A stretch of 19,010 nucleotides of DNA from Elainellaceae cyanobacterium (GTDB lineage Bacteria; Cyanobacteriota; Cyanobacteriia; CAZCXK01), in contig JBNPEG010000043.1 in assembly GCA_051117555.1 (NCBI GenBank), forward strand, positions 1 to 19,010. Direction: 5' to 3'. A model generated the notes under the pieces. The model did not search any database. It had not been told where the DNA came from and worked only from the letters and a program-made list of their open reading frames with translations. The translations under genes and the position numbers were made by a program. Of this stretch, positions 9,758 to 17,874 are shown one piece after another (positions within the stretch are counted from its first letter, which is position 1; every line of letters begins with the position of its first letter).

Positions 9758-9795
9758 AATCCAAAATCTAAAATCTAAAATCTAAAATCTAAAAT
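9758..9795 (+). repeat. Heptamer short tandem repeat (STRR-type), AATCTAA x5
   Basis: AATCCAA followed by AATCTAA x4 plus AAT, between convergent genes. Confidence 0.9.
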
Positions 9796-9803
9796 TTGCT
9801 GCC

Positions 9804-11624
9804 TTACTTCCAAATGCGAAGATTGAGATTCAAGTCTTCTACGATGCCGATCATCATTTGCAAGGTTTCAAAATATTCTTGGGCGGGGGCAAAGTCTAAA
9901 ACACTGCGGAATATCCTCGGTTCAAACAAATCTTTGTGAGAGCGAACGGCAATATAAATTTGGTTAGCGACAAACGCCACATACAGGTCGCGGTTGACTT
10001 TCTTTCTCAACTCAACGAGTCGTCGCATGAGGCTGGTTGAGAGAATATAGCGAGCTTCGATCTGGTCATTGCCATACACGGCAAAGAGGCGTTCAAATTC
10101 GGGGTCTTCAAGCTGAATCAGCTCACCCCGCGTTTGATTGATTGATTGAAAGGCTTTGCCTAACCCGCCAAACCACCGTTCTGCCACGTCAGGAATGACG
10201 ATGGTTCTCCCATTGAAGGATTTATTGAAATTGGCTTGAAAGAAAAGTCCCTTGAAGATTGTTTTATACTGGCGATCGCCATCACCATCACGGACTTCCT
10301 TTTCTGCATGAATCTCCGAAAAGAAAATCGTGGTATCGCCCCAGCTTCCCTCAACACAGTCTTCTTCTTTGAATCGATCGGGTGCGCTTTTCTGAAATAG
10401 CCAACTATTAATGAACGCTCCCCGATTGGATTGACCCACTGGATGCAGGGAATAGGTGAGATTGCCGCTAGGGTCGATGAACTGAACGATTTGTCGGATG
10501 ATTTTATGCTTAAACTCTCGGCGGTAGTTTTTAATCACCCCTCTATAGATAAGGATATAAATAACGGCACCACCGGCTATTAAATGGGGCAACAGTCCCG
10601 ACAGGGCAAGGCTAAGCAACCCAACTACTGCCGCCATCGCGAGGCTAATGGCAATCAGAGTCAAGACAATCTTTTTGCGTTGGCTTTCAAATACTGCGAG
10701 TCTTTGATAAAGCTCGTTATCGTAATGTCGACGAAAAGTAGTGAGCGTTTTGAGCTGGAGTGCTTCAGTCGAGTCGGGCGAGGAGGGCGTTGTATGCCCT
10801 TGGGGCGATCGCCCCGTGGGTGAAAAATTGCGAGTTGTGACTATCGGGGGAGATACATCAGCAGGTGGGGCGATCGCCCCACCTGCGGTCAACAGCGTCA
10901 CGGTTTGGGTTGCCCAGGCTTTCACTCGCTCATGAGACGATGCCGTGAGTTGACGACAGAGTGCCAATGCTTGATCGGGTTTATCAGCCTCTTGATAGGC
11001 CTTGACCAAATACATCTGCGCCTGAGCTGTTTTGAGTTCACTCATGTTGGCTCGCTGAGCATATGCTTCAAACGCAGCGATCGCCACCGGATATTGATGA
11101 CTTTCAAAGGCTTGATGAGCGCGATGATAGAGCGTGTCTAAATTTGATAGAGATTCCGGAGGAGATTCAACAGATGATTCAGCAGGGGGTTCTTGAGGGG
11201 ATTTAGTAGGCAATTTGGCAGAGTCTTGGGTAGGCGATTCGGACGGCTGAGAATGCGTCACAGCGGCAGGTGTGCGTCGTGTCAGATATTGGCTGAGATC
11301 CTCAGATGACGAGGATGGTGATTCACTGGCGATGGGCTCAGGCGGAGCCAGCGTAGGCAGAATTTGACTCGCCCATGTTTTCGCCGTTGGGTTAGAACTA
11401 TGGGTTAACTGGTTGGCTAGGGCGATCGCCCGTTGAGTCTGTCCGGTTAAATGATAGGCTTTCACCAAGCTCATTTGAGCCTGCAACACGTAGGTCGATT
11501 CTGAACCGGAATCAGGATCAGAATATGACTGACAAAATTGTTCTAATGTGTGGATGGCGTCGTCGTAGTGACCTGCTTTGAGCGCTGCTATCCCTGCGTG
11601 CAACGCCTCCAGTTGAGTAGACAT
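9804..11624 (-). CDS. DUF3137 membrane protein with two N-terminal TPR-like modules
   Basis: C-terminal FKGLFF...FNG.T.V.PD...LEDPEFERLFAVYGNDQIEARYILS (DUF3137), two TM helices, duplicated AQM.LVKAY...A.AL...L..S.....WA module. Lies downstream of lemA. Confidence 0.85.
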   Translation of the reverse strand: MSTQLEALHAGIAALKAGHYDDAIHTLEQFCQSYSDPDSGSESTYVLQAQMSLVKAYHLTGQTQRAIALANQLTHSSNPTAKTWASQILPTLAPPEPIASESPSSSSEDLSQYLTRRTPAAVTHSQPSESPTQDSAKLPTKSPQEPPAESSVESPPESLSNLDTLYHRAHQAFESHQYPVAIAAFEAYAQRANMSELKTAQAQMYLVKAYQEADKPDQALALCRQLTASSHERVKAWATQTVTLLTAGGAIAPPADVSPPIVTTRNFSPTGRSPQGHTTPSSPDSTEALQLKTLTTFRRHYDNELYQRLAVFESQRKKIVLTLIAISLAMAAVVGLLSLALSGLLPHLIAGGAVIYILIYRGVIKNYRREFKHKIIRQIVQFIDPSGNLTYSLHPVGQSNRGAFINSWLFQKSAPDRFKEEDCVEGSWGDTTIFFSEIHAEKEVRDGDGDRQYKTIFKGLFFQANFNKSFNGRTIVIPDVAERWFGGLGKAFQSINQTRGELIQLEDPEFERLFAVYGNDQIEARYILSTSLMRRLVELRKKVNRDLYVAFVANQIYIAVRSHKDLFEPRIFRSVLDFAPAQEYFETLQMMIGIVEDLNLNLRIWK

Positions 11625-11694
11625 ATCAACATCCTAAAGAATCTGAACTTCAATCATCACTAACCAATCAATGGGTTCAGACGTGACCCTGTTC

Positions 11695-12255
11695 TTATGA
11701 CTGGTTAAATAAATTGCGAACATCCACATTGCGGCGTTCTGTCTCGGTCGCTTCAAATAGATGTTTGCGGCGATAGTTCATCATGTTTGCGAAAATATTG
11801 GTCGGAAACATTTCCACAGCATTGTTGTAGTCGGTTACGGCACTGTTATAAAACCGACGTGCCGCAGAAATTTGTTCTTCAATTTCGTTGAGCGATCGTT
11901 GAAGCTGAAGAAAGTTCTGATTGCTTTTCAGGTCTGGATATGCTTCCACAGACACCATGAGGTTGCCCAGTTCTCTAGAAATCTGATTCTCGACTTCAAC
12001 CCGCGCGTCTTGAGTCAGCCTGCCTGATACAGCTCTTGCCCGCAGTCCGGCGATATTGGTTAATGTTTGTTGCTCAAACTGCATATATTGCTTTGCGGTT
12101 GCCACCAGGTTAGGAATTAGGTCACACCGCTTTTTGAGCATGACATCAATACTGGCAAACGCGTTGTCAACCTGGTTTTTCTTGCCGACCAGACTGTTGT
12201 ATAAGATGATTGCGATCGCCGCCAATGCGATCAAAACGATTAACGGAAGCCACAT
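11695..12255 (-). CDS. lemA: LemA family protein
   Basis: N-terminal TM, YNSLV...IDVMLKKRCDLIPNLV...EAYPDLKSNQNFLQLQ...ARRFYNSAVTDYN...FPTNIFA. Confidence 0.95.
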   Translation of the reverse strand: MWLPLIVLIALAAIAIILYNSLVGKKNQVDNAFASIDVMLKKRCDLIPNLVATAKQYMQFEQQTLTNIAGLRARAVSGRLTQDARVEVENQISRELGNLMVSVEAYPDLKSNQNFLQLQRSLNEIEEQISAARRFYNSAVTDYNNAVEMFPTNIFANMMNYRRKHLFEATETERRNVDVRNLFNQS

Positions 12256-12445
12256 TATCGGTATTCCTCAGTATGTTGAGATTTTTATTTAAAGAGAAAT
12301 TCATGCTGCTCAATTCTACTCACTAGAATTTAGAGCGTCCAAAACGACTGATTCTTCTCGAAGAAAAAGGGGCTCCAACAAATTCCCACAAGTGGAAACT
12401 TACTCTAAAATTAGACGGAAGAAAAAATCAGGGACGCATGAGTTT

Positions 12446-12811
12446 ATGGATGTCAAAAGTTCGATGGCTGCCGCGATGTCAATTGAAGGAGCCGTCGCTG
12501 TGGCTCTAGTGGATTGGACGAGCGGAATGACGCTAGACTTTGCGGGTGGAAACGCCATGTTTAATATTGAACTTGCGGCGGCATCGAATTCCCAAGTCGT
12601 CAAAGCGAAGCTACAGGTAATCAAAACGCTGAACTTAAACGACAGTATTGAAGATATTCTGATCACCCTGGGCAAGCAATATCACTTGATCCGTCCGGTA
12701 CGCAAAGATATGAAGCTATTTTTTTATTTGGTTTTGCGGCGCGACCAGGGAAATCTGGCATTGGCGCGATACAAGCTGCGTGGGATTGAGAGCGAGCTAG
12801 AGATGAAGTAA
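12446..12811 (+). CDS. Roadblock/LC7 (MglB-like) fold small protein
   Basis: IEGAVAVALVDWTSGMTL...ELAAASNSQVVKAK...IEDILITLGKQYHLIRP...FFYLVLRRDQGNLALAR resembles roadblock-like proteins. Likely ATG is 12446. Confidence 0.7.
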   Translation: MDVKSSMAAAMSIEGAVAVALVDWTSGMTLDFAGGNAMFNIELAAASNSQVVKAKLQVIKTLNLNDSIEDILITLGKQYHLIRPVRKDMKLFFYLVLRRDQGNLALARYKLRGIESELEMK

Positions 12812-12923
12812 GCAGTGGTCTATAAGCATTTCAAACCGACTTGACATCCTGACACAAACGCAGCGAGTTTGTACCATTACAATGATCTAATTCATTGTTC
12901 ATTCGTCAGGAGTGGTGTGGGTT

Positions 12924-14828
12924 ATGTGTGGAATCGTCGGCTACATTGGAACTCAAGCTGCGACGAGTATTTTGCTTGAGGGACTACAGCGACTCGAATA
13001 TCGAGGATATGATTCTGCGGGAGTTGCCACGGTTTGGGATGGCAAGATTCGTTGTATCCGTGCCAAGGGGAAACTCTATAATCTGCAAGCGAAGCTAGCT
13101 GACGACCAAAATCCTGCTCAGATTGGGATTGGTCATACTCGCTGGGCAACTCACGGCAAACCTGAAGAACATAATGCCCATCCTCATTTGGATATGACAC
13201 GCCGCGTTGCTGTGGTGCAAAACGGCATTATCGAAAATTATCGTGACCTGCGCGATCGCCTTAAACAGAAAGGCCATGAGTTTATCACCGAGACAGATAC
13301 GGAGGTCATTCCCAACGTCGTGGCCGAATGCCTTGACGAGATGCGCAGCAGTGGTGAGATAAACCAATTTTTGTCGCCATTGACTGAGGCCGTGCGGCGA
13401 ACGGTACACACCCTTGAAGGATCATTTGCGATCGCCATTCTCTGTACCGACTATCCAGACGAAATCGTGATTGCCCGGCAAGACTCAGCGCCGCTCGTGA
13501 TTGGGTTTGGGCAGGGCGAATTCTTCTGTGCGTCGGATGTCCCCGCTATTCTGCCCTACACCCAAGCGATGATCACCCTTGAAAATGGAGAGATGGCGAC
13601 CCTGACGCCGCTGGGGGTGCAGATCTATAACTTTGAGGGCGATCGCCTCCGCAAGCATCCCCATCTGCTGACCGGAACCCACGTAGCCACTGAAAAGCAT
13701 GGGTTTCGTCACTTCATGCTCAAAGAAATTTATGAGCAGCCGAGTGTCGTCCGTGCCTGTTTAGAGGCGTATGTTGACAGCGAATGGACCGCCCATCAGA
13801 CCAACAATCCTATTCGCCTCAATTTGCCTGCCGACTTATATACTGACTTGAGCCAAATTCAAATTATTGCCTGTGGCACCAGTTGGCACGCAAGTTTGGT
13901 CGGCAAATATCTGCTCGAACAGCTTGCGGGCATTCCTACCCAGGTGCAGTATGCGTCCGAGTTTCGCTATGCCCCTCCGCCCCTCACCCCTAATACTTTA
14001 ACGATTGGTGTTACGCAGTCAGGCGAAACAGCCGACACGCTATCGGCGCTGAATACAGAGCGGCTGCGTCGGAGTGAGCTGGCTCCTGACTTTCAAGCGC
14101 GGCTGTTGGGCATCACCAACCGCACCCAAAGTACCTTGACCCGCATGGTAGATTGCGTGATTAATACCCACGCAGGCATTGAAATTGGCGTAGCAGCGAC
14201 CAAAACATTTTTGGCTCAGCTTGTGGCTTTCTACTGTTTGGCGTTGGATCTTGCCTATCATCGTCAAACCCTGTCATCCGAGCGACTAGAGCAGCTTCTC
14301 ACCGATTTGTGTCAGCTTCCATCTCAAATTGAAGCAAATTTAGAAGCCCAAGAGCACTATGCGGAAGAACTGGCGCACCAGTTTACCGAAACCCAAGACG
14401 TAATCTTTGTGGGGCGCGGCATTAACTTTCCGATCGCACTGGAGGGCGCACTGAAGCTCAAAGAAATCAGCTACATTCATGCAGAGGGGTATCCAGCCGG
14501 AGAAATGAAACACGGCCCGATTGCCTTGTTGGATGCAAAAGTACCAGTAGTGGCGATCGCTGTTCCAGGAAGCGTGTATGACAAAGTGTTGTCAAATGCG
14601 CAGGAAGCAAAAGCCCGTGATGCCCGACTCATCGGCGTTGTCGCTATGAACGATATCGAAGCCGGAGAAACCTTTGATGCACTACTGCCCGTTCCTCTTG
14701 CAGATGAGCTGTTATCTCCGATTCTGACGGTGGTTCCTCTGCAACTACTGGCATATCATATTGCTGCACGACGAGGCTTGGATGTGGATCAGCCGAGGAA
14801 TTTGGCAAAAAGCGTTACGGTTGAATAA
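12924..14828 (+). CDS. glmS: Glutamine-fructose-6-phosphate transaminase (isomerizing)
   Basis: MCGIVGY N-terminal nucleophile Cys, GHTRWATHG, TQSGETADT, EGALKLKEISY, C-terminal PRNLAKSVTVE. Start must be ATG 12924 so that Cys is residue 2. Confidence 0.99.
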   Translation: MCGIVGYIGTQAATSILLEGLQRLEYRGYDSAGVATVWDGKIRCIRAKGKLYNLQAKLADDQNPAQIGIGHTRWATHGKPEEHNAHPHLDMTRRVAVVQNGIIENYRDLRDRLKQKGHEFITETDTEVIPNVVAECLDEMRSSGEINQFLSPLTEAVRRTVHTLEGSFAIAILCTDYPDEIVIARQDSAPLVIGFGQGEFFCASDVPAILPYTQAMITLENGEMATLTPLGVQIYNFEGDRLRKHPHLLTGTHVATEKHGFRHFMLKEIYEQPSVVRACLEAYVDSEWTAHQTNNPIRLNLPADLYTDLSQIQIIACGTSWHASLVGKYLLEQLAGIPTQVQYASEFRYAPPPLTPNTLTIGVTQSGETADTLSALNTERLRRSELAPDFQARLLGITNRTQSTLTRMVDCVINTHAGIEIGVAATKTFLAQLVAFYCLALDLAYHRQTLSSERLEQLLTDLCQLPSQIEANLEAQEHYAEELAHQFTETQDVIFVGRGINFPIALEGALKLKEISYIHAEGYPAGEMKHGPIALLDAKVPVVAIAVPGSVYDKVLSNAQEAKARDARLIGVVAMNDIEAGETFDALLPVPLADELLSPILTVVPLQLLAYHIAARRGLDVDQPRNLAKSVTVE

Positions 14829-14855
14829 AGCGCTAATCAAGGTGAGGTTTTCTTC

Positions 14856-15107
14856 GTGAGTCAGATTCAAATTGAAATTCCTGAAGAAGTTCTGATTAGT
14901 TTGAAAGAAACGCCTGCCACGCTTTCGCGTGAATTGCCGTTGCTTGCGGCTATTAAACTGTTTAAACTCGGTAAACTGTCTTCTGGTCGAGCTGCTCAAC
15001 TGGCAGGAATATCGCGGGTTGAATTCTTGACTCTCTTGGGTCGTTATCAGGTTTCTCCTTTCCCATTCACTGCTGAAGAATTAGAACAGGATGTCCAAAA
15101 CGCCTGA
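14856..15107 (+). CDS. UPF0175 family antitoxin
   Basis: LAAIKLFKLGKLSSGRAAQLAGISRVEFLTLL HTH signature. GTG start after GAGGT. Confidence 0.88.
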   Translation: MSQIQIEIPEEVLISLKETPATLSRELPLLAAIKLFKLGKLSSGRAAQLAGISRVEFLTLLGRYQVSPFPFTAEELEQDVQNA

Positions 15108-15237
15108 AATTCAGGTCATCGTGAATACGTCTCCTCTGCTCTATCTGCATCAGATTGGGCTTCTAGATTTGGTGAGTAGTTCTTTTGCTAGATACAGACT
15201 CTGCGATCGCCCCTTCAAATATCACGTCTTTGCATAA
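15091..15237 (+). pseudogene. Truncated DUF3368/PIN toxin
   Basis: Overlaps the antitoxin stop. Translates MSKTPEIQVIVNTSPLLYLHQIGLLDL (typical DUF3368 N-terminus), then unrelated sequence and a TAA after 48 codons. Confidence 0.78.
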
Positions 15238-15255
15238 GGAACAGGTTTCCTTAGG

Positions 15256-15420
15256 TAGGGGCATGACAGGTATGTATTTAGCGTAACGCCCTAGAGATCC
15301 CCCTAAATCCCCCTTGAAAAAGGGGACTTCAACACCCTGTAAATAGCCCCCTTTTTCGGGCAGCGTCAGCGGGGGATCTCACACATGCGCTAAACGCATA
15401 CGCATGACATGTCATGCCCT
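15256..15420. mobile_element. MITE-like insertion (15270-15401) inside a GTAG-type REP palindrome
   Basis: Direct repeat GCATGACA at 15261-15268 and 15402-15409. Terminal inverted repeats GTATGTATTTAGCG / CGCTAAACGCATAC (12/14). Internal AGATCCCCC...GGGGGATCT palindrome. Confidence 0.72.
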
Positions 15421-15454
15421 TATTACCTAAACCCCTACAATCATTGGATTTGGG

Positions 15455-15691
15455 TTAATCGTTCAACCCTTTGAAGTAACGCGTGAGAATACACATCACC
15501 TCATTGGGATTGACCGTGGGAATCGGTTTTGACCATTCATAGGGTTGCGCATAGTTGAGCTGATACATCTGCATGATGTGTTGATTCACGGCTTTGAGCG
15601 AACCAACGGCAATCACGCGCAAGGGTTCACGGTCGTCGTTATCGCGCGACAATGGGTCAAACCGCTCTGGCGGTTCGTTGGGATTCACCAT
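15455..15691 (-). CDS. Small cyanobacterial hypothetical protein (REPL...GS..AV...I..M....YA...EWS...P...EVM.IL.R family)
   Basis: 78 aa with a strong RBS (AAAAGGAG) about 10 nt before the ATG. The motif pattern resembles a recurrent cyanobacterial family of unknown function. Confidence 0.78.
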   Translation of the reverse strand: MVNPNEPPERFDPLSRDNDDREPLRVIAVGSLKAVNQHIMQMYQLNYAQPYEWSKPIPTVNPNEVMCILTRYFKGLND

Positions 15692-15720
15692 AATGAAACA
15701 CTCCTTTTTGCTTGTTTGAA

Positions 15721-15891
15721 GGAGCGCTCAAACGAGAAGCCATCCCTCTTCAAGACATGGCGAATTGGATGGCTACAGGAGTGTGGTAAAACAGTCCATA
15801 GCCTTCGATTCTGCCTCCACAGGGTCGAGGGTTAGTCTCCCGGCACGTGTGTCCGCACTGCTGGGGGACGCTGCTCATGTTTGAGCGCTTG
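15721..15891 (-). ncRNA. Candidate structured leader RNA
   Basis: 11-bp closing stem AGCGCTCAAAC (15723-15733) / GTTTGAGCGCT (15879-15889), two internal hairpins, and a promoter directly upstream. Confidence 0.5.
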
Positions 15892-15898
15892 ATAGCCG

Positions 15899-15927
15899 AG
15901 AATACCGCACGTCGTCCGCAAAAACAA
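15899..15927 (-). promoter_or_regulatory. Putative sigma70-type promoter
   Basis: On the minus strand, TTGTTT (15927-15922), a 17-nt spacer, then TATTCT (15904-15899). The predicted start falls at the 5' arm of the closing stem. Confidence 0.45.
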
Positions 15928-16035
15928 CCGTATTACTCAATTTCTTTGTCGAAGCTTGAAAATGGGGAATCTGTGTTCTGATCGAGGGGAAACCTCTGAT
16001 ATGATTGGCTTGGAGCCGAATAGCCCTGCCCAAAC

Positions 16036-16224
16036 ATAATCACTTCGAGTGCTTTAATAATCACTTCGAGTGCTTTAATAATCACTTCGAGTGATTAATT
16101 TAGCTCTTTGAGTGTCTTGATCATCACTCAGAGTGTCTTGATCATCACTCAGAGTGTCTTGATAATCACTCAGAGTGTCTTGATAATCACTCAGAGTGTC
16201 TTGATAATCACTCAAAGCATCAAA
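16036..16224 (+). repeat. 21-bp tandem repeat array, 9 units
   Basis: ATAATCACTTCGAGTGCTTTA type x3, one degenerate unit, AT(C/A)ATCACTCAGAGTGTCTTG x4, one degenerate unit; all in 21-bp phase. Confidence 0.95.
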
Positions 16225-16376
16225 AGATTCAGAATCCCTGAGTTCTAATCTAGCTGTTTGGGAAAAGAGGCAATTAGGCAAACCACTACGCTGCGCGATC
16301 GCCACCCAATCATCACATTAGTGGCCACACACATGCGATCGCTTGATTGCCATGCTTTCGGTAAATCAGGAAATCG

Positions 16377-16616
16377 CTATCTGGGGTAAACATTCGTGGA
16401 TAAGTCACCTAAGCCACTATCCAGGCATCCAACTAAATCTCCAGCCAGTTCCAAAGCAGAGGGAGTGGTGTGATTGGCAGAAGGTCTGATTTCTTCTTGC
16501 AAGGATACAGCAGACTCTTCCTCATTGGCCAATTCGGTGGTGAGGAACTGCATGACCTTGAGCTTATCGGCACGGGATAATTGCTTGAGGGGAGCAAATA
16601 AGTCTGTAGCAGTCAT
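16377..16616 (-). CDS. Orphan antitoxin-like small protein, possibly C-terminally truncated
   Basis: LSRADKLKVMQFL..EL N-terminus and SALELAGDLVGCLDSGLGDLSTN C-terminus, both reminiscent of antitoxins that precede PIN toxins. No toxin ORF follows. Confidence 0.6.
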   Translation of the reverse strand: MTATDLFAPLKQLSRADKLKVMQFLTTELANEEESAVSLQEEIRPSANHTTPSALELAGDLVGCLDSGLGDLSTNVYPR

Positions 16617-16792
16617 GGCGATGTGATTAGTGGGGGGCAATCTATTGTGTCATGGTCTATCCTGGCAAGAAGGTTTCGCTTATCAAGGGCGATCGCATTG
16701 GGGCAAAGCGTTATTATTGGCAAAGTGAGCATAACTCCATAGCACCCAGGTTAAACATTTATTATCATCTATCTCAAATAGAAACTTGGACT

Positions 16793-17833
16793 ATGAATAT
16801 TGATCTTGGCAGATTGAGAATAGAGCGTGTTATTGCACATGACATACCTCTTCAAACACCAGGAGAGGGAGAACAGAATTTACTTTTTAGTGAAGTTGAA
16901 AGCCCTTTGGACCAGGAAAATAAAAACTTTTTTAAAGAGAGAATAAATAGAAGTCTTGCATCCGCAGCTTTTGACGTTATTGCTGATCCGGCAACAACCT
17001 CGCCAGTACCTAAATACATTCATCAACTCATTTCTGGTGATGGCCAGAAGTTCGTCGAAATATCACAGAATATATCTCAACACCTTTACAATTGCCAAAA
17101 CCGTGCAAATTCAGAGGGCATAGTAGTTTTAATACAGGCGGCCATCCAACAGTCACATAGCTTGGTAATTCTTAAGCTAGAAAAAGAGCAAGGAATTCGC
17201 GTACACCAAGAAAATATAAACGGAAAAAGAACTTTTGCAATTGAACAGTTTACCGATTTAATGATGACAGATGGGACAAAGGTATTTAAAGTTGGCTTGT
17301 TTTATAATTTTGGGCAAACATCAGAAACTATTCAAGGCCGTGTATCAGACAAACAAAGAAAATATGATGTCGGAATTTCCGATTTCTTCTTAAGAAAGTT
17401 CTTGGGTTTTAAGTTTAAGGAAGCACCAAGCATAACGACTAAAAACTTCTTTCACTCAACAGAAGAATTCATTAATCAAAATTTATCTGATTCGCAAACA
17501 AAGGCAAATTATACAGTTGCCCTAATAGCCACCCTAGGAAATCAGGAAAACACAATTGACCCCTGGAGATTTGCTGAACAAAACATGCAAGTAGCCGACA
17601 GAGCTAGATATGTCAATTTTGTTCAAGAGCATGGAATTCCTACTGAAAAATTTATAAAAGATACAAGCCAGATTAAGAATCATATTAGGAAAGTGCAAAT
17701 GGAATTTAAAAGTGGTATCCTTATACTTGGCAAACCAGACGTTTTTAACGAGCAAGTTCAAATTACTAGAATGGGTGAGGAAAGAGTTAGAGTCTCGCTC
17801 GAGGATGAAATTAAACGAACCTCTGGGAAGTAG
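16793..17833 (+). CDS. Nucleoid-associated protein, NA37/YejK (NdpA) family
   Basis: IERVIAH start, F...S..I...LY..Q, ILKLE, KVFKVGLF, D.Q...SDFF...FLG and T..FF.....FI pattern; 346 aa. Likely ATG is 16793. Confidence 0.78.
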   Translation: MNIDLGRLRIERVIAHDIPLQTPGEGEQNLLFSEVESPLDQENKNFFKERINRSLASAAFDVIADPATTSPVPKYIHQLISGDGQKFVEISQNISQHLYNCQNRANSEGIVVLIQAAIQQSHSLVILKLEKEQGIRVHQENINGKRTFAIEQFTDLMMTDGTKVFKVGLFYNFGQTSETIQGRVSDKQRKYDVGISDFFLRKFLGFKFKEAPSITTKNFFHSTEEFINQNLSDSQTKANYTVALIATLGNQENTIDPWRFAEQNMQVADRARYVNFVQEHGIPTEKFIKDTSQIKNHIRKVQMEFKSGILILGKPDVFNEQVQITRMGEERVRVSLEDEIKRTSGK

Positions 17834-17874
17834 TTTCTTTGCGTCTTGGCTCAACCAAGAATCTCAGTTTATCG

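Noticed and set aside
12812..12923. Classical glmS ribozyme
   Set aside because: The region is too short and lacks the conserved AGCGCC/GACGAGG core. A different fold is reported as a finding.
14829..14870. Tn7 end at attTn7
   Set aside because: No TGT-initiated end or repeated TnsB sites after the glmS stop; an antitoxin gene starts 27 bp downstream.
15545..15835. 96-aa plus-strand ORF
   Set aside because: It overlaps the better-supported minus-strand gene that has a clear RBS and leader.
16036..16224. CRISPR or mini-CRISPR array
   Set aside because: Units are directly abutting with no spacers.
16652..16792. N-terminal 47 aa of the NA37 ORF
   Set aside because: It spans the HIP1 boundary and non-conserved-looking sequence; family similarity starts at MNIDLGRLRIERVIAH (16793).
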